Part shown: in pieces, positions 25,677-40,038 of the stretch
Position numbering within the stretch: the stretch's first letter is position 1
How the letters are laid out: each line of letters begins with the position of its first letter
NCBI RefSeq assembly: GCF_003918875.1
Contig: NW_025765024.1
Coordinates: forward strand, 1-64,000
DNA length: 64,000 nucleotides
Reading direction: 5' to 3'
From: Haliotis rubra
Lineage: Eukaryota
Notes under the pieces: generated by a model
The model's input: only the letters and a program-made list of their open reading frames with translations
Told to the model about the DNA's origin: nothing
Databases searched by the model: none
Position numbers and translations under genes: made by a program

Positions 25677-28600
25677 ACCCCTCCGCCCTCTGATGTTCTG
25701 GAAACAATTACTGTGTTTGAAGCAAGTTCTGCCAACGTCTCCTTCCTGTTCTTCCCCAATCCCTCCACCTTTCTGTATAAGTGGAGGAAGGAAGGTCTGA
25801 CTCTAACTTCTACTACGACCTTGAATCCACCTGCTATAACAAGCAGTTACGCGGTCTGATGCCTGGGACTCTATGTCATCACAGCGGCGCTAAATATAAC
25901 GGTAATGCATCTCACGTTGGTCTAGTGGGAAGGACATGACATGGATGCACCTTATTTCATTAAATGTACTTTTGTAAGTATATCGGGTCTGTTAGGTGAA
26001 TTTGATGGACACCTGAAATGTGGGTCAGAATTCCCCTGCATGTCATTGTTCATGCCTAGACAACAGCTGGTCGTAGGCGGATGAAGCAGTGTTTAAGTTT
26101 TGGAGAAATATGTACGGCGTTCATTCAAATAATAGCATGGATATTCCTCCTCTAAAGTAACTTCAACAAATAAAAAATCGAACTCTTATACCTCTTTAAT
26201 GCCAACCCCTTCGGGATGGTGGAGTCATTCAAATTGTTTTATGTTGTTTTATTACAGAGAATAAATCATGATTTCCCATCGAACAGATTTCATTAGATGG
26301 CATATTCTTTACTAAATCATGGTGGTTTTTGTATATACTTCGTTGGAGACTTGTAGTAGAGTTGCTGTATCATGTTTCAGATCCCTCCTTGAAGCGTTCT
26401 GTCAGGAAAGATGTAAGTGTGCTTCTCGTAAACCATCTTTTGATCTGATGATGCGCAGTGCCAAAGGTCCCTCCTCCTGCTGGATGATCGGACGTGGACA
26501 TATATACGGCCCTTAGCCCCAACACCTCTCCCGAGCCTGCAATAATACCAAATATATTCCACCCTGTCTTTGATCTGGTGAAATGGAGATCATTCAGTTT
26601 GATGTAAAGGCTGAAGACACAGATGAAGGTACAGGGGATGATTTGAGGACGATTTTCTGATGCAATCTATCACATCCATAAACTCAGGAACAGAAGTAAA
26701 CGAATCCAAGCTCTATATGTAATGCCATCACGTCTGGGTGGGATTCCAGGAGTCTACATGTGAAGTGGAATGTGGAGGAGTGCAGAGAGGGCGTAAAAAC
26801 TGGAACATACCACGCGTCCAAAGTGTTGCCACTACTGATGTTGGGGTAAAATAGTGCGTACAGCCAGGAACACCATGGAACGCACAGGAAGCATGCGGAA
26901 CAGGACAGGGATCATGTATAACTAGAATGGAATGTTCTCTCAGAGTGATGACCTCACATATTATACAGAAATAATTTATGTTTCTATATTTGATATGGTA
27001 TACTATTTCATCATGTTTCCATCATTGCAATGTAGAAAATGATCAATGCAAACAACTTCGTTCCAAACATGAGCGGTCTTCGGTCTTCCAAACAATGCCA
27101 GCAGCAAATATGACTCTTGCTCACACGTTACTTGACTGAGGTTGTGCCGCCATCGGCGTCATGAGCATCTTGGCGCCAATAATGTGAAGCATTCTCAAAA
27201 CTCCACATCATGGACAAAAAATACCCGTTGTCCTGTGCAATTCTCAATATTGACTTCCTTGGTGTCATCAAGGTTTGATAGTGACTCTCGTTTCCACCAA
27301 CTTTGCTATAGCCGGAATCATGCACCGACCCGCATTAAGTATATTTGGTTATGAATAAGGAAAAAGGTTTCTTCGTGTGAAGCATGGGTTGCGTTGCATC
27401 GGATAATATGAATGAGTCTCTTCTTACACTTTAGCCTTTATCTTGCATTGTCATAGCGCGTAGCTAGTTAAGGTTTTAGGAGTTCATTTACTAGTTTTAA
27501 AACCGAAATCTGTGATAAACCAGTTATTTTACTCGTACCTTGGTGATTGTATTCTATCATTCACCTTTATTTATTATGAAATTATAACTGCTTTTAGTCA
27601 CGATATGGCTGAAACATTGCCCATGTGATCTCTTAAGATCTGAACCTCACTCACTCCCTCACATCTCTGATCCATTTAGGATCCCCCGCCGCCTTTGCTG
27701 GAGGGGTACAAAGGACATGCTCGAGGGCACCAGCGTTATCCTGAGTTTGCCTCCAGGTTCAAACCCTCCCCCACACGTTCATACATGGAAGAGGGAAGTA
27801 GATGAGCGAGAGGGGTGTCCTAACACTCCTCCTATCATACATATCGAACATCAGGGAGATCTGATGCTGGAAGTATATCGTCTGCCAGTCACGTACCACC
27901 ATGAACCTGACTTCTGGTGGACTGACGGAGGGACACGGGGTCCAGCTGGTGCAGATTAATGTTCTATGTACGTCATCAACTCCTCATCCCCTTGTGTAAT
28001 TCAACATGTAGGGATGAAGTTGATATCCCTTTAATCGGCCCTTTATGAATAGTGGGTGCTTCTGATGGCTGACTGGGTTAGATTATTGACTTTGTGTGGT
28101 GGCGATTAGATGTAATATAATGAGAGTAACGACCCATCCCCACATGTACTAAAATCTCGTAATTTCATAGGAGAAAGTGTATTCCCAAAATGTAGCATTT
28201 AGTCGCACATAAGAAGTGGTTTGTGTCTCATTATGCATCCCTGGATACGTTTGGTTCCTTTGATTTTTATGAATAGTACGGATGACACTTACTTTATTGC
28301 GTATTGGTACCATGCTGTTTGTTTGCTCTTTCATCAACACTCAACCTTCAGTGCCAACTTCTGCAGACTCTCCTGGCGCTAAGTTCTTGCACAGGACGAT
28401 TGATGTTGTCATCCAGAAACACATTCGTCAGCCCGGTACTGTCTAGACGCCTTCCTGGCCCCCAGTGGCATGCCGCTATGGCGACGGGAAGCATCAGACA
28501 AGACGTTAATGACCGGAGACAAGTTCAGTAATCGACGACGATGTCCTAAAACGAGACAAGATGGTGGTGTGTATATATGCACAGTGCCAAACAGTATGAC

Positions 28601-30441
28601 AGATTATAAGTAATGGTCACATCCGGATACAGGGACTGATCATGTGCAGTCCGAGTGAAAGTCGCGTGTAAGCTCATGTAACATCATTGTATATGCTTCG
28701 ATTTTAAGGTTGAATTTACTTCCGCTGATCCGTAATCTGGTAAGATGAAAAAGTGACATATGAAGGAAGTACATACACCTGCAATCCGTTCTAGAATGCC
28801 CATTATGTCAATGTAAGATGGATATTACGCCACAGATCTAGATGCATATCGATGGCGACTAATTGTCAATTTCGTGTATACTTATGATGATTTCGAAGTA
28901 TCCTCTTTATCACTCGTAAGACACACCCAGCGCCGCCTTCAGATTCGGTATGAGAATATCCATTGGAAAGGTGATGGAGTGACAGTACGAGATGTATGAT
29001 GGCAATAGACATAAAGCGTTATGGTGAAAGCATGCATTTACCCAATAGAATGCATAAATATAGCACCTATGCGAAATAATACATTACAAAACATACCCGA
29101 GCAACTAGAGAAAAGCGTATGGACATAGGCGCTTGGGTCTGAGGGGTTAAGGGTACAATCGTCGAAGCTGCTTGATTTCCGGTTTAGCAGAGATGCGCCA
29201 TCCTGGCCCCTCCCATACCACTGAATATTGTAGGTTATAGTGACTAATTCCAGACTTAATTGTAATTATTATTCAATCTGCAATCTTAATTCTCCTGCAT
29301 CACTACCAGGCACATTGTCGTACAAACGCGCCTGTAGGAAACGCCCTGGGGTTGAGTGCGGAACTCCGTCATCACCTTATTTATGTCGTGTATATGTTTG
29401 TTGGTGTAACTAAAACAAGTTTCGTTTCCAACGTATCTCTTCGCCCGGTATCAATCGGTCAGGTCAGTATACACTTCATCCTGCAAATATGCAGCTATCC
29501 CAGTCGATGCGTACATACCACGCGTTGACATTTGTGAAGTCTATGTTTTCTCAGCATCATACCTGGTGCTCATAGCTTCACTCATATGGTAGATCGTCTA
29601 TGACCTGAATCACTTTCCACCATGAAATCTCGGGCCACGCTTTTGCCCATGGTCTTCCAGCATTTGCGGATCTACCTTCAGTTGTTGGGCAAACTATATG
29701 TAGCCCGCTTCTAAACTGTATTCTTCTTATTGCCCATTAATATCGTTTATACGCCATCATCACTCACTCACCCACCTCACCTCACCTACTCACTCACTCA
29801 CTCGTACCTCACCTACTCACTCACTCACTCACTCACTCACCACCTTCACTCACTCACTCACTCACTCACCTCACTCACTCTCCTCACTCACCTCACCACA
29901 GCTCTCACCACTCACTCACTCACCTGCCACTCCACCTACCTACCACCCACTCACTCACTCACTCCACCTTCTACCCACTCCACTCAATTCACCACCTACC
30001 CACCTTACCTGCCTCAATTACTCACTCACAAAGCCCTGATAAAACTGGAAATGCCGATGATTAAAAGCCTTGATAAAACCGGGAAATGCTCTTTCAAGCG
30101 GCATACATTCTCAGCTCTACCTGGAAACAGGGCTAGACTATAACGTCCTTTAAGGACTGACTGGGTTTCTGTATATGATTCATACTTGTTGTGGGAGACA
30201 AAAGACTTTGCATTGCACCTATCAACCCCATTTCCGGCCATCAATTTGGACATTGTGAGAGAGATACTGATGTCCGCATTTTACAAATTCTAAATATACG
30301 TGATACAGTTGGATGTCCATATCATAACTTCCAAAAGCCATCATCCCCTTCAATTTCATAACATCTTCTTCATCATCGGCGGTGGTGTTCGTTGTCGTCC
30401 TGGCGGTAGTTCGGTCATCTGCATGAAGAGGAGATTCCAAG
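25677..30441 (+). CDS. Copy-1 Ig and TM exons of SRCR-Ig receptor (25677-25973, 26381-~26940, 27680-27967, 28367-28667, ~30298-30441)
   Basis: Paralogous to the copy-2 exons with the same splice sites; more indels. Confidence 0.7.
29235..29530 (+). mobile_element. Internally deleted solo LTR (copy-1 counterpart of 38383-38957)
   Basis: gttatagtgactaattc..cacgcgttgaca. Confidence 0.65.
29760..30030. repeat. Degenerate (CACT)n microsatellite
   Basis: ~270 bp of cact/cacc units; its counterpart at 39285-39358 is ~75 bp and pure. Confidence 0.9.
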
Positions 30442-31937
30442 GCGAAAGTGCCTCATCATGTGTATAGAAATATGTTCTGATTTTCTTAAATATAACTGGA
30501 AATCGGTGGTAGAAAACAGGTGCAAGTTTATGGTAAGAGCAGTTATATTACAGCGTTCCTTGCCAACGTGGTTGCGTTGAGTAGCTGTTACGCATTTGGC
30601 AATGCCAAGCATATAAACACAGCTCTGGTATTCATTTATCGTCACATGACGCCATCCGGTGATTATACAAATGCGTTTTCTACAGATAACACACGTGGTC
30701 TCAAACAATCGTTACCGAATTTCGACTTTTCATTGATGAAAAAGCGTACCGAAGTAGTGCAAGTAAGACTGCGCTCTTTCGCGAATGAGAAACTCCGTCA
30801 TTTGATGTGAATAATATTATTTTTCTTGAACGTAATTTAAGCTCCAATCAATACAACCGCTGATAGCAAAATCGAATCTACTAAATTTGTTTCTGCGGAT
30901 GCAGCGGAGACATACCACTTAGACTGAAATCCCGTGGAGTAAATATAAGCGCCTTTTGCCCAATGTAATCACTTTATGGCATTGGTTGATGATTCTTTAG
31001 GGTATTATCTGCGATGAACGGGGAGTCATAGCTGCCGCAGCAGCTTCAACCTCTTAAAAGTAACCGCAACCTTTCATCCTGCTATCAGACACCTCGCAGG
31101 CCGTGATATAACCGAGATAACCGTTAAGTTGGCGTTCACCTTCAACTCGAAAGTATACCAGCGGTGGCATGATGCAACGCCATGTAAACAAGAGGTTAAC
31201 ATTATGAACAACGACCTATAGTACGTTTGAGAAACATTCCAGCGGAATGTATGTCGTTCAGTTCCTACAAAAAGCTGGGGTGTTGTAAGATATTCTTCTC
31301 TCAGCGTCGGAGTTAGTCGTCGATTATAAGGTCTTGTCGTGGGTTATTCAGTCATATATCTTGGGCGCGAGCGAACGAAGCTGTCCAGTCATAATAACCG
31401 TTGTTCGTCCCAACAGTGACCACGCTTATCTACAAAACATGTGATTGCGGATCTCACTTCTGATAACGAATGTCAACAGAGACGCAGCTGCGTAATTCAC
31501 TCTGATTCCGTGCATATTAACCAGTAGTCTTTCCCATGTTTGATAACGTCTGAAGCCGCCGGCGATTGCACATTATCATTACATAGTTGGCATGTGTTGC
31601 ATTTGAACAAGTTGCCCAACCCACTCTTCCAGCCATCCCCAGTTGTACAATACACTCCCCGCCAGGGCGCACACAGCGGCGGATCTAGGACTACCAAGCG
31701 TCCATGGAATTCCCTCAATTTAGTGGAAGCCGCTGTGGCAGAGTGGTTAAGGTGCCTGGACTAAGCGCGTTAGCTCCGGATCCCACTGACCAACATCTGA
31801 ATCACTTGCTAATGATCTCGGTGAATTCACCCATTACACAGTTGTAGAATCACATCAGAGATGTGCTGTCTCTGATGATAACCGTTTCATTGTAATGAAT
31901 CCCTGTCTAAAAAGTCTATGTTATTGTATCGGAATCA

Positions 31938-32109
31938 GGGCGTTAAATGCAGCCTTAATGGTTAAAGCGTTCACTCGTGCCGCCGAAGACCCTAACTCGA
32001 ATCCCACATGGGTGGCAATGTGTGTAGCTCCATTTCTGTATCCCGTGCCGATGATAGCCGTTTATTACAGAAAGCGGGTAAAACTAAACCTGCGTCAGTC
32101 AGTCACTCA
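31938..32109 (+). mobile_element. SINE family A present only in duplication copy 1
   Basis: TSD-like gtat..gaatca on both sides; empty site at ~41172 (ttgtatttgaatcattt). Confidence 0.8.
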
Positions 32110-33344
32110 GTATTTGAATCATTTCATCGAATAATTTGCCAGTGCTTTCAAAATGAACCATTTAAAGCCATATGCTGCACGGAAGTGTAAGCATGTACAT
32201 GAAGTAGGAATCAGAAAACAAATCTTATCGATGACTATTCAACCTAAAATAGCAACATGATGACGTCATCCGTTTCACTTCTTTGCATTTTGCTTATATA
32301 TGATGCAAGAGCACTTCCTCCAAACAATGTTTTGTACACCTGGATATAATCCCCACTGTCGTTCACAACATACATGTGTTCCTGTTAATAGGTGCCTGAC
32401 TCTGAGAGTGTGTTTGTCGTGGACTCATAACCAAACAATAAACGGCCAAGAATTCAGACTGTCACAGAGAAAGTGTAATTCCAAATATAACATGTAAGCT
32501 ACATTTATTTCACTTTCTAAAATGCAATTTTGTGTATGCAGAGAAACAATGAGAAACGCTATCACAACTTTTTCGTAAATAATTTTAGCCATGAAGACCT
32601 ACGAAAGTCCATGTACGGTGAAGGAACGTGAATGTTACCGCTTGTCGCCGGTTCTATATTTTAAATATCAGTATTAAGCAAATCAAACCTAACTATTTTC
32701 ATGTTGGAGATCATATGTCAAACTCTTCTTGCCTCGTCATCAGTTTGAGTGCTTCCGGAATGACATGTTACGTTGAGTTTTATAACTTCATACAAATGTG
32801 AGAGACTAAGATTTCACTGGTACGAAAGTTAACGTGTGTTTGATGATATGTATAGTGATATCAATTTAAAATGCCTCTCCCGGTTCAGAGATAATGGGTT
32901 GCAACTCACGCAAGAAACGGCAAATAGAATAGATCCGAGGAGCTTGCAGTGGATACAGTCTAGGACCTCTCTTACAGTCGTAGTCAGTGTAATAATGGAA
33001 TCGAAAGTCAACACTGTGGACTTCTCGCTAAACCATGCTCCAAAATAAGTAAGGGCCCATCTCATTGGGGTTGACACACATGTATATGTAATTCTTAGCA
33101 CTGTTTCGTTTGTCTTATGATAGCAAAAATTCAATTTAACATTGTTTCTTAACCATACGAACCAATTGAAGTAACATTACAAACATCTCCGTGGGAATAC
33201 ATGTGCGAGGATCCCAGAGTCCGGCTTAAACTCCATATGACGTATCGCCTTCTGAATCTTGCCTCAGTATGTTCAAGTAGCTAAGCGGAGGAAACCCCGG
33301 AACCACTTCGACTGTATGTATGTAGGGTACGGATATACTGGGAA

Positions 33345-33510
33345 TCAGTGAGGTGAGTGCAGGTGTATGGTTTCCACGCCGCTTCTAGCATTATTACAGT
33401 AATAATATTACGGCCGAACACCGGTGAAATGCCAATAACATTGTACCATGGGAAATCGGGCTTCGGCACGAACGCTTCTTTAACCACTGTAGGCCACCCC
33501 ACCGACTCCC
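33345..33510 (-). mobile_element. SINE family A (shared by both duplication copies)
   Basis: Orthologous position to 42553-42718. Confidence 0.8.
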
Positions 33511-34896
33511 GGGATTTGGGACCCGAACCATGGATATCATCACCAAAGGCGCATCAAAAGCAATCCGTTTTACTACAGTATGCTTTGATTCATGTAATTT
33601 CAAACAATCTATATGACGTCGTGTGTATAGGGGAAACATAGCCCATCAAATCTTTATTATACAAAACCCTTTTTCCCTGTATGAAAATGAACTAATTACA
33701 TTGGTTTTTTTTCTCATGTCCGCAATAATATTGTTCTTATATGTTTTGTACTTTTAGCCATGTGGCCCCAAATACTGAATAACAAACTTCATCTTCTCTT
33801 CTCCTTCTTTTCCTATTTTTGTATGTGATTGTTCAAAATTCCTTCCACATGGCGTCCCTCCACGGTAATTGTTGTAGCAATATTACTCCGATCAATCATA
33901 AAATCTCTATTATGCTGATATAATTATGGAATATATCCAGCATATTCTGTCTTTAACTATACAGTCAACATTTTCGATTAAATGATCACACTATATGCAA
34001 ACATAATCCGCAGCTATGTATACATGATGATCAAAGCAGTTAGTTGAAACTCAATTCCACCTGTTAGAGTTAAGAGCTTTACGTCGTTCGTGATTAACAG
34101 CACATTGTCATCATCTGAAATTAGTGCATCGGAATTCTTAAGCATAACAAACCTTAATCTTGTTTAAAGATGGGATATGTAGAGCAATGTAAGTTATATC
34201 TTAAGTTTGTAAAACTGCACCTCAGGCAGCGGATTTCGCTATCTCTTTACACGGTCCAGTATCTAGGAATTATATGGAATCAAATTTCAACCTGATAAGA
34301 ACAAGAAACGATATATCAGCATTAAGAAAATCATATTTGTATTTTCTGAAAAAAGGAACAATGTCCTTAAATCTCCTGATAACAGCTGTCAAATTTACTT
34401 TTGGGAAATACGGAATAACATATACATATATAAACGCCAGGTTCTGATAGCATCAGAATTTTAAATAGGGTAAGTTGACAATATCGAGAGAACATATGCC
34501 ATCTCTTCTTGTAATTTTACCAAAATTTGTTTTTGGTTCCTGGTCCACTTGCCATCAATAATTGTTTGACTGATATTAACATAGAATTTGCTTATTTTGT
34601 TGCAATGCCATCTGTTATAATGTATGCTTAGCCTTCCTTCAATATGAGATATCTCCGTGCCAAGATCTTTATGCCAAACGCATAGGTTATATTGATGCCA
34701 TGATTTTGTTCCAAAAAGATGAATAAAACATATGTGTATTTTTTGTAACGTCTTCCTAATGCAAACAAACAATACATTACTGTTTTGGTAATCACCCATT
34801 CAGAGGTGACATAAACTGGTATCCAATTTTTAAAGAATACAACATTTTCTAAGGATATGAGACTCCGTGTAACATTACTGTAAAATGTATTTTTAG

Positions 34897-35188
34897 TATG
34901 ATCTCACACCTGCTGATGTCTTGGAATAATTACAGTGTTTGAAGCAAAGTTCTGCTTCAACGTCTTCTTCCCAGCCTCCTAATCCTCCTACCCCTTCTGT
35001 ATAAGTGGAGTGAAGGGAAGGTCTTGACTCCAACCCTTACCACGACCTTGAATCCAATTCTGCCATAACCAACATTGGTCGGTCAGATGCTGACTCTATG
35101 TCACTCACAGCTACAAATATAATGAATGATTCACAAGCTGGTCTAGTGGAAGGTCATGGGATGCACCTTATTTCATTAAATGTACTTT
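34897..35188 (+). CDS. Exon: Ig-like domain
   Basis: ITVFE..NPPPLLYKW..ITNIGRSDA..TATNIMNDSQAGLVEG..LNVL; donor gtaagt at 35189. Confidence 0.7.
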
Positions 35189-35538
35189 GTAAGTATATTT
35201 GGTCTATTGGGTGAACTTGAGGGACACCGGAAATGTGGGTCAGAATTCCCCAGTATGTCATTGTTCATGCCCAGACAACAGCTGGTGCGCGGACAGTGAG
35301 AGGATATTCCTCTAAAGTAATCAATAAAATATAAATCGAACCCTTATAGCTTAACGGCCAACCCCTTCGGACAGGAGTAATCATTCAAATTGTTTTATGT
35401 TGTTTTATTACAGAGAATAAATCAGATTTCCCTTCGAACAGATCAGATGACAGGTTCATTACTAAATCATGGTGGTTTTTGTATAGTCTGTTGTTCATGG
35501 AGACTGTATAGTACTAGAGTTACTGTATCATGTTTCAG

Positions 35539-36100
35539 ATCCTCCTGAAGTGTTCCTGTCAGAAAGATGTAAGTGTGCTTCAAATCATCTTTGACCTCCG
35601 ATGCAGTGCGTCAGCGTCCCCTCCCTCCCCATGATGGCAGGAGATGCGTGACGTGGACAAGGGTATCTAATCTCCAGCCTCCTCAACAATCTCCCCGAGC
35701 CTGCAACAACAATTATTCCACCTTCGTCTGATCTGGTGAAATGGAGATCATTCAGGTTGATAATAAGGTTGAAGACACAGATGAAGGTGCGTACAGGATG
35801 ATTTGAGGGATCGATTTTCCGGATGCAATCTAATAATAATCCATAAACTCGGTAGGAACAGAAGTGCAAGGAACTAAGCTCTAAGGAATACACGCCGTTT
35901 GGGTGGGATTCCAGAGTCTTCATGCGAAGTGAATGTGATTAAGCGCAGAGAAGGCGTAAAACTGGGAACATACCACGTCCAAAGTGCTGCTACTACTGAT
36001 GCTGGGGTGTATCAGTGTACAGCTGTGAACACCATGGAACGCACAAGAAGGGAAAACAGGGACAGACAGATCATGTATAACGAACGTGTGAATGTTCTCT
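35539..36100 (+). CDS. Exon(s): Ig-like domain(s)
   Basis: PPEV..DLRCSASASP..TWTR..VEDTDEGAY and GIPES..TTDAGVYQCTAVNTM..VNVL; acceptor tttcag; internal structure unresolved. Confidence 0.75.
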
Positions 36101-36877
36101 CAGAGTGATGACTCACATATTATACAGAAATAATTTATGTTTCTCTCTATATTTGATATGGTATATTATTTACCATGTTTCCACTATTGCAATGTAGAAA
36201 GGATCTAATGCAAAACAACTTCTGTTCAAACATGAGCCACAGGTCTTCCAAACAATGCTAGCAGCAAATATGACTCCTTGCTCACACGTTGTTTGACTGA
36301 GGTTGTAGCCGTCAAGGTCTAAGGAAAGCATTCTGGTACACACGTGAAGATTTCAAAACTCCGACATCATGAAAGTGACAAAAAATATTGTCCTGTGCAA
36401 TTCTCAATATTGACTTCCTGGTGTCAATAAGGTTTGATAGTGACTCCTCAACACCAACTTCTTTACTATAGCCAGGGAATCATGCAATCGACCCGCATTA
36501 ATAGATTGGTTATGAATAAGGAAAAGGTTTCTTCGTGTGAAGCATAAGTTGCATAGTTGTATCGGATAATATGTTTGTTACCGATGTGTCACGTTTTCAA
36601 TCCTTAGTTTGTGCTGAATTTGCTCCTTCTACAATTTAGCCTCTTTTATCTTGTATTGTCATATATAGCTAAAAGTTGCCTAGAGTTCATTACTAGGTTT
36701 TAAACTGAAAATTGTGATAAACTAGTTATTTACCGTCCCTTGGTGACGTGGGCAGGTTAATTATTTACTTCATTTATTATGAAATTTTAACTTGCTTTTA
36801 GTCACGATATGGTTGAAACATTGCCTATGGGATTTAAAATCTTAACTCACTCACCCTACACTTCGAGATTCATTTAG

Positions 36878-37155
36878 ATCCCCCACCGCCTTTGCTAAGT
36901 GGGTAAGTACGAAGGACATGTTCGAGGGCACCAGCGTTATCCTGAGTTTGCCTCCAGGTTGAAACCTACCCACACGTCTATACATGGAAGGGAAGTGGAT
37001 GAGCGAGAGGTGTCCTCTAACACTCCCCCTATCATATCGAACATCAGGAGATCTGATGCTGGAAAGTATATCGTCACAGTCACAAACTCCATGAACCTGA
37101 CTTCTGGTGGACTGACGGGGACACGGGGTCCAGCTGATGGAGATTAATGTTCTGT
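36878..37155 (+). CDS. Exon: Ig-like domain
   Basis: KDMFEGTSVILS..YTWK..IISNIRRSDAGKYIVTVTNSM..EINVL; atttag acceptor, gtacgt donor. Confidence 0.8.
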
Positions 37156-37533
37156 GTACGTCATCAACTCATGTCCTTTGTGTGACTACCGTATGTAGGG
37201 GATGAAGTTCTTTATAAATAGTGGGTGCTTCGATGGCTGACTGGGTTAGATTCCTGACTTTGTGTGGTGGCGATTAGGGTGTATTACACTGAGAGTGTGG
37301 ACTCATCCCCAAATGTACTAAAACCTGTACTTTACAGAGAAAGTGTATTCCCAAATGTAGTATTTGTCGTACATAAGAAGTGGGTTTGTGTCTCATTATG
37401 GAAATTTTGGATACGTTGGTTCCTGATTTTTTATGAATAGTATGGATGACACTACTTTATTGGTGTATTGGTACCATGCCTGCTTGTTTGTTCTTTTCAA
37501 CAACACTGAACCTTCAAAGTACAATCTCTGCAG

Positions 37534-37810
37534 ATTCTCCGGTGCTCTCTTGCCAGGACGAGTACGTTGTCATCCAGAACACATCTGTCAGCCTCAGGTG
37601 TTCTGTAGACGCCTTCCCGGCCCCCAGTGTCATACGTTGGCGACGGAAGCATCAGACAAGACGTTAATGACCGGAGACAAGTTCACAATCGACGATGTCC
37701 AAATGACAGACGGTGGTGTGTATATATGCACAGCTACAAACAGTATGACAGATTATAATGGTCAATCCGGACAGGGACTGGATCATGCGCAGTCCGAGTG
37801 AAAGTCGTGT
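37534..37810 (+). CDS. Exon: Ig-like domain
   Basis: SPVLSCQDEYVVIQNTSVSLRCSVDAFPAPSVIRW..FTIDDVQMTDGGVYICTATNS; ctgcag acceptor, gtaagt donor. Confidence 0.85.
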
Positions 37811-38382
37811 GTAAGTACTGTCATACATCATTGTATATGCTTTGATTTTTAAGGTTGAATTTACTTCCAGTTGATCAGTAATCTGGTAAGATGAAAAAGG
37901 TGACATGTGAAGTACACTTAAGTACACCTGCCTGTTCTAGATACCATTAGGTCAATGTAAGATGGATATTACGCCACAGGTCGACATGCATATCGATAGG
38001 GAATAATTGTCAATTTCGTGTATACTTATGATGATTTCCTGAGCCCTTCTTATCACTGTAAGACACACACCTCAGTGTTGCCTTGAGATTCAGAAGGAGA
38101 ATGTGAATTGGAAACGTGATGGAGTGACAGAGAGATGTATGATGATAATAGACATAAAGCGTTATGGTGGTGAAAGTATGCATTTACCCAATAGAATATA
38201 GCATCTATGCTAAATACACTACAAAACACCGAGCAACTAGAGAAAACTGTATGGATATAGGTGCCAGGTCTTGAGGGGTTAAGGGTACACTCGTCGAAGT
38301 CGCTGGATTCTGGCTGAGCAGAGATGCGCCACCGCGTACTCGTAATATGCCCATCATGGCTCTGTTCTGCCACTGAATATTG

Positions 38383-38957
38383 TGTTATAGTGACTAATTC
38401 AGGACAGGCATTGTCCCAATATTTCTAAAGACCAAAAACTATGAAGCCAAGCCATGTGAGACTTAATTGTAATTATTCAATCTGCAATCTTAATTCTTAT
38501 CACTACCACAGTGTACATTGTCTTGTTAGCCACCCTGTACCACTCTGTCACTGTCATTAATTATAATTGTATATGGCATTTTTTGGCCTAATTGGTCATC
38601 CCCCTTGGCCGTGTCTGCCATCACATCAACTGGTCAAGGAAGTGGTATTGTTTTTCTATCTGTCTATTGTTGAGTCGTCACCTGTCCATTGTTCTCCAAA
38701 ACTGTATATATATGCTCACATCTACATGTAGAGTGAAAAACAGAGGACGACTCCTGTATTCCGACTGTCTGTGTAGGAACGACCACGAACAGGATAATGC
38801 CTGGGGTTGAGCAGGTACTCCGCTCACCTCTTCTATGTCTATGTAACTAAAGAAGTTTGAGCTCAACGCATTCCTTCGTCTTGTCAACGTATTGTACGTA
38901 CACTTCATCTTAAACATGAGCTAATTCCCCAGTCGACGCGTATACCACGCGTTGACA
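38383..38957 (+). mobile_element. Solo LTR (Gypsy-like)
   Basis: TG..CA termini (tgttatag..ttgaca), 4-bp TSD attg, homologous to 50383-50973. Confidence 0.85.
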
Positions 38958-39284
38958 ATTGTGTCTATGTTTCTCAGCATTATACCGGTGCTCATAGCTT
39001 CATCAAGGCGGTAGATGTCTAAGACCCGAATCACTTTCCACCATGAAATCTCACAAGCCTTGCCCATGGTCTCCAGCATGGTGATCTACCTTCAGTTGTT
39101 GGCAAACTATATGTAGCCCATTTCTAAACTGTATGCTTCTATTTAGTAATATCGTTTTATGATAGCATCCTAGTTTTTACTTTAATATCTGTGATGTAAT
39201 AGTATTTTTACAGTTCTTCGACAACAGACTTTTAATTTCTAATTGTATTCTTCAATAAATTGTCCCCGTCACGATATGGCTCCA

Positions 39285-39358
39285 CACTCACTCACTCACT
39301 CACTCACTCACTCACTCACTCACTCACTCACTCACTCACTCACTCACTCACTCACTCA
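39285..39358. repeat. (CACT)n microsatellite ending a LINE/SINE 3' tail
   Basis: Pure cact run preceded by gtcacgatatggct. Confidence 0.95.
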
Positions 39359-39607
39359 CAAGCCCTGATAAAACTGAAATGATGATTAAAGCCTTGATAA
39401 AACCGAAATGCTCTTTCAAGCGGCATACATTCAGCCTACCTGGAAACAGGGCCAGGACTATAACGTCTCAAGGACTGACTGGGTTTCTGTATATGATTCA
39501 TACTTGGGGAGACAAAAGAATTTGCATTGCACCTATCAACCCCATTTCCGACACTTGGACATTGTGAAGAAAGATACTGATGTCCACATTTTACAAATTC
39601 TAAATAG

Positions 39608-39745
39608 CACGTGACACAGTGGGATGTCCATATCATACCCCAAAAAGCCATCATCCCCTTCAACTTCACATCATCTTCATCGTCGGCGGTGTTTTCGTGG
39701 TCGTCCTAGTGGTAACGGTCATCTGCATGAAGAGGAGATTCCAAG
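39608..39745 (+). CDS. Exon: transmembrane helix
   Basis: LHIIFIVGGVFVVVLVVTVICMKRRFQ: hydrophobic stretch plus basic stop-transfer residues. Confidence 0.75.
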
Positions 39746-40038
39746 GAAAAAGTCATCACGGTGTGTATAGAAATATGTTCGATTTCTTAAATATAACTGA
39801 AATCAGTGTAGAAAACAGGTGCAAGCTTATAGTAAGAGCAGATAAATTACAGTGTTCTTACACTGTGGAGCGTTTAGTAGCTGTTGCGATGGCAATACCA
39901 AGCATATAAACACAGCTCTTGTACTTTTTTATTGGCACACATGACGTGTTATCCGGTGGTGATACAATAGTATTTTTACAGACAGATACACACGTAGTCT
40001 CAAAATAACTACAACAAATTTCGACTTTTTCATTGCAG

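Larger units (their letters stand above)
24953..34120 (+). repeat. Tandem segmental duplication, copy 1 (noisier)
   Basis: Colinear with 34121-43305 throughout; starts ttagtgcatcg, ends tcatcatctgaaa. Confidence 0.95.

Noticed and set aside
29730-30143. 137-aa His/Ser/Leu/Thr-rich ORF
   Set aside because: Translation of the (CACT)n microsatellite
38053-38373. 106-aa minus-strand ORF inside the receptor intron
   Set aside because: Not conserved as an ORF in duplication copy 1 and no domain recognised
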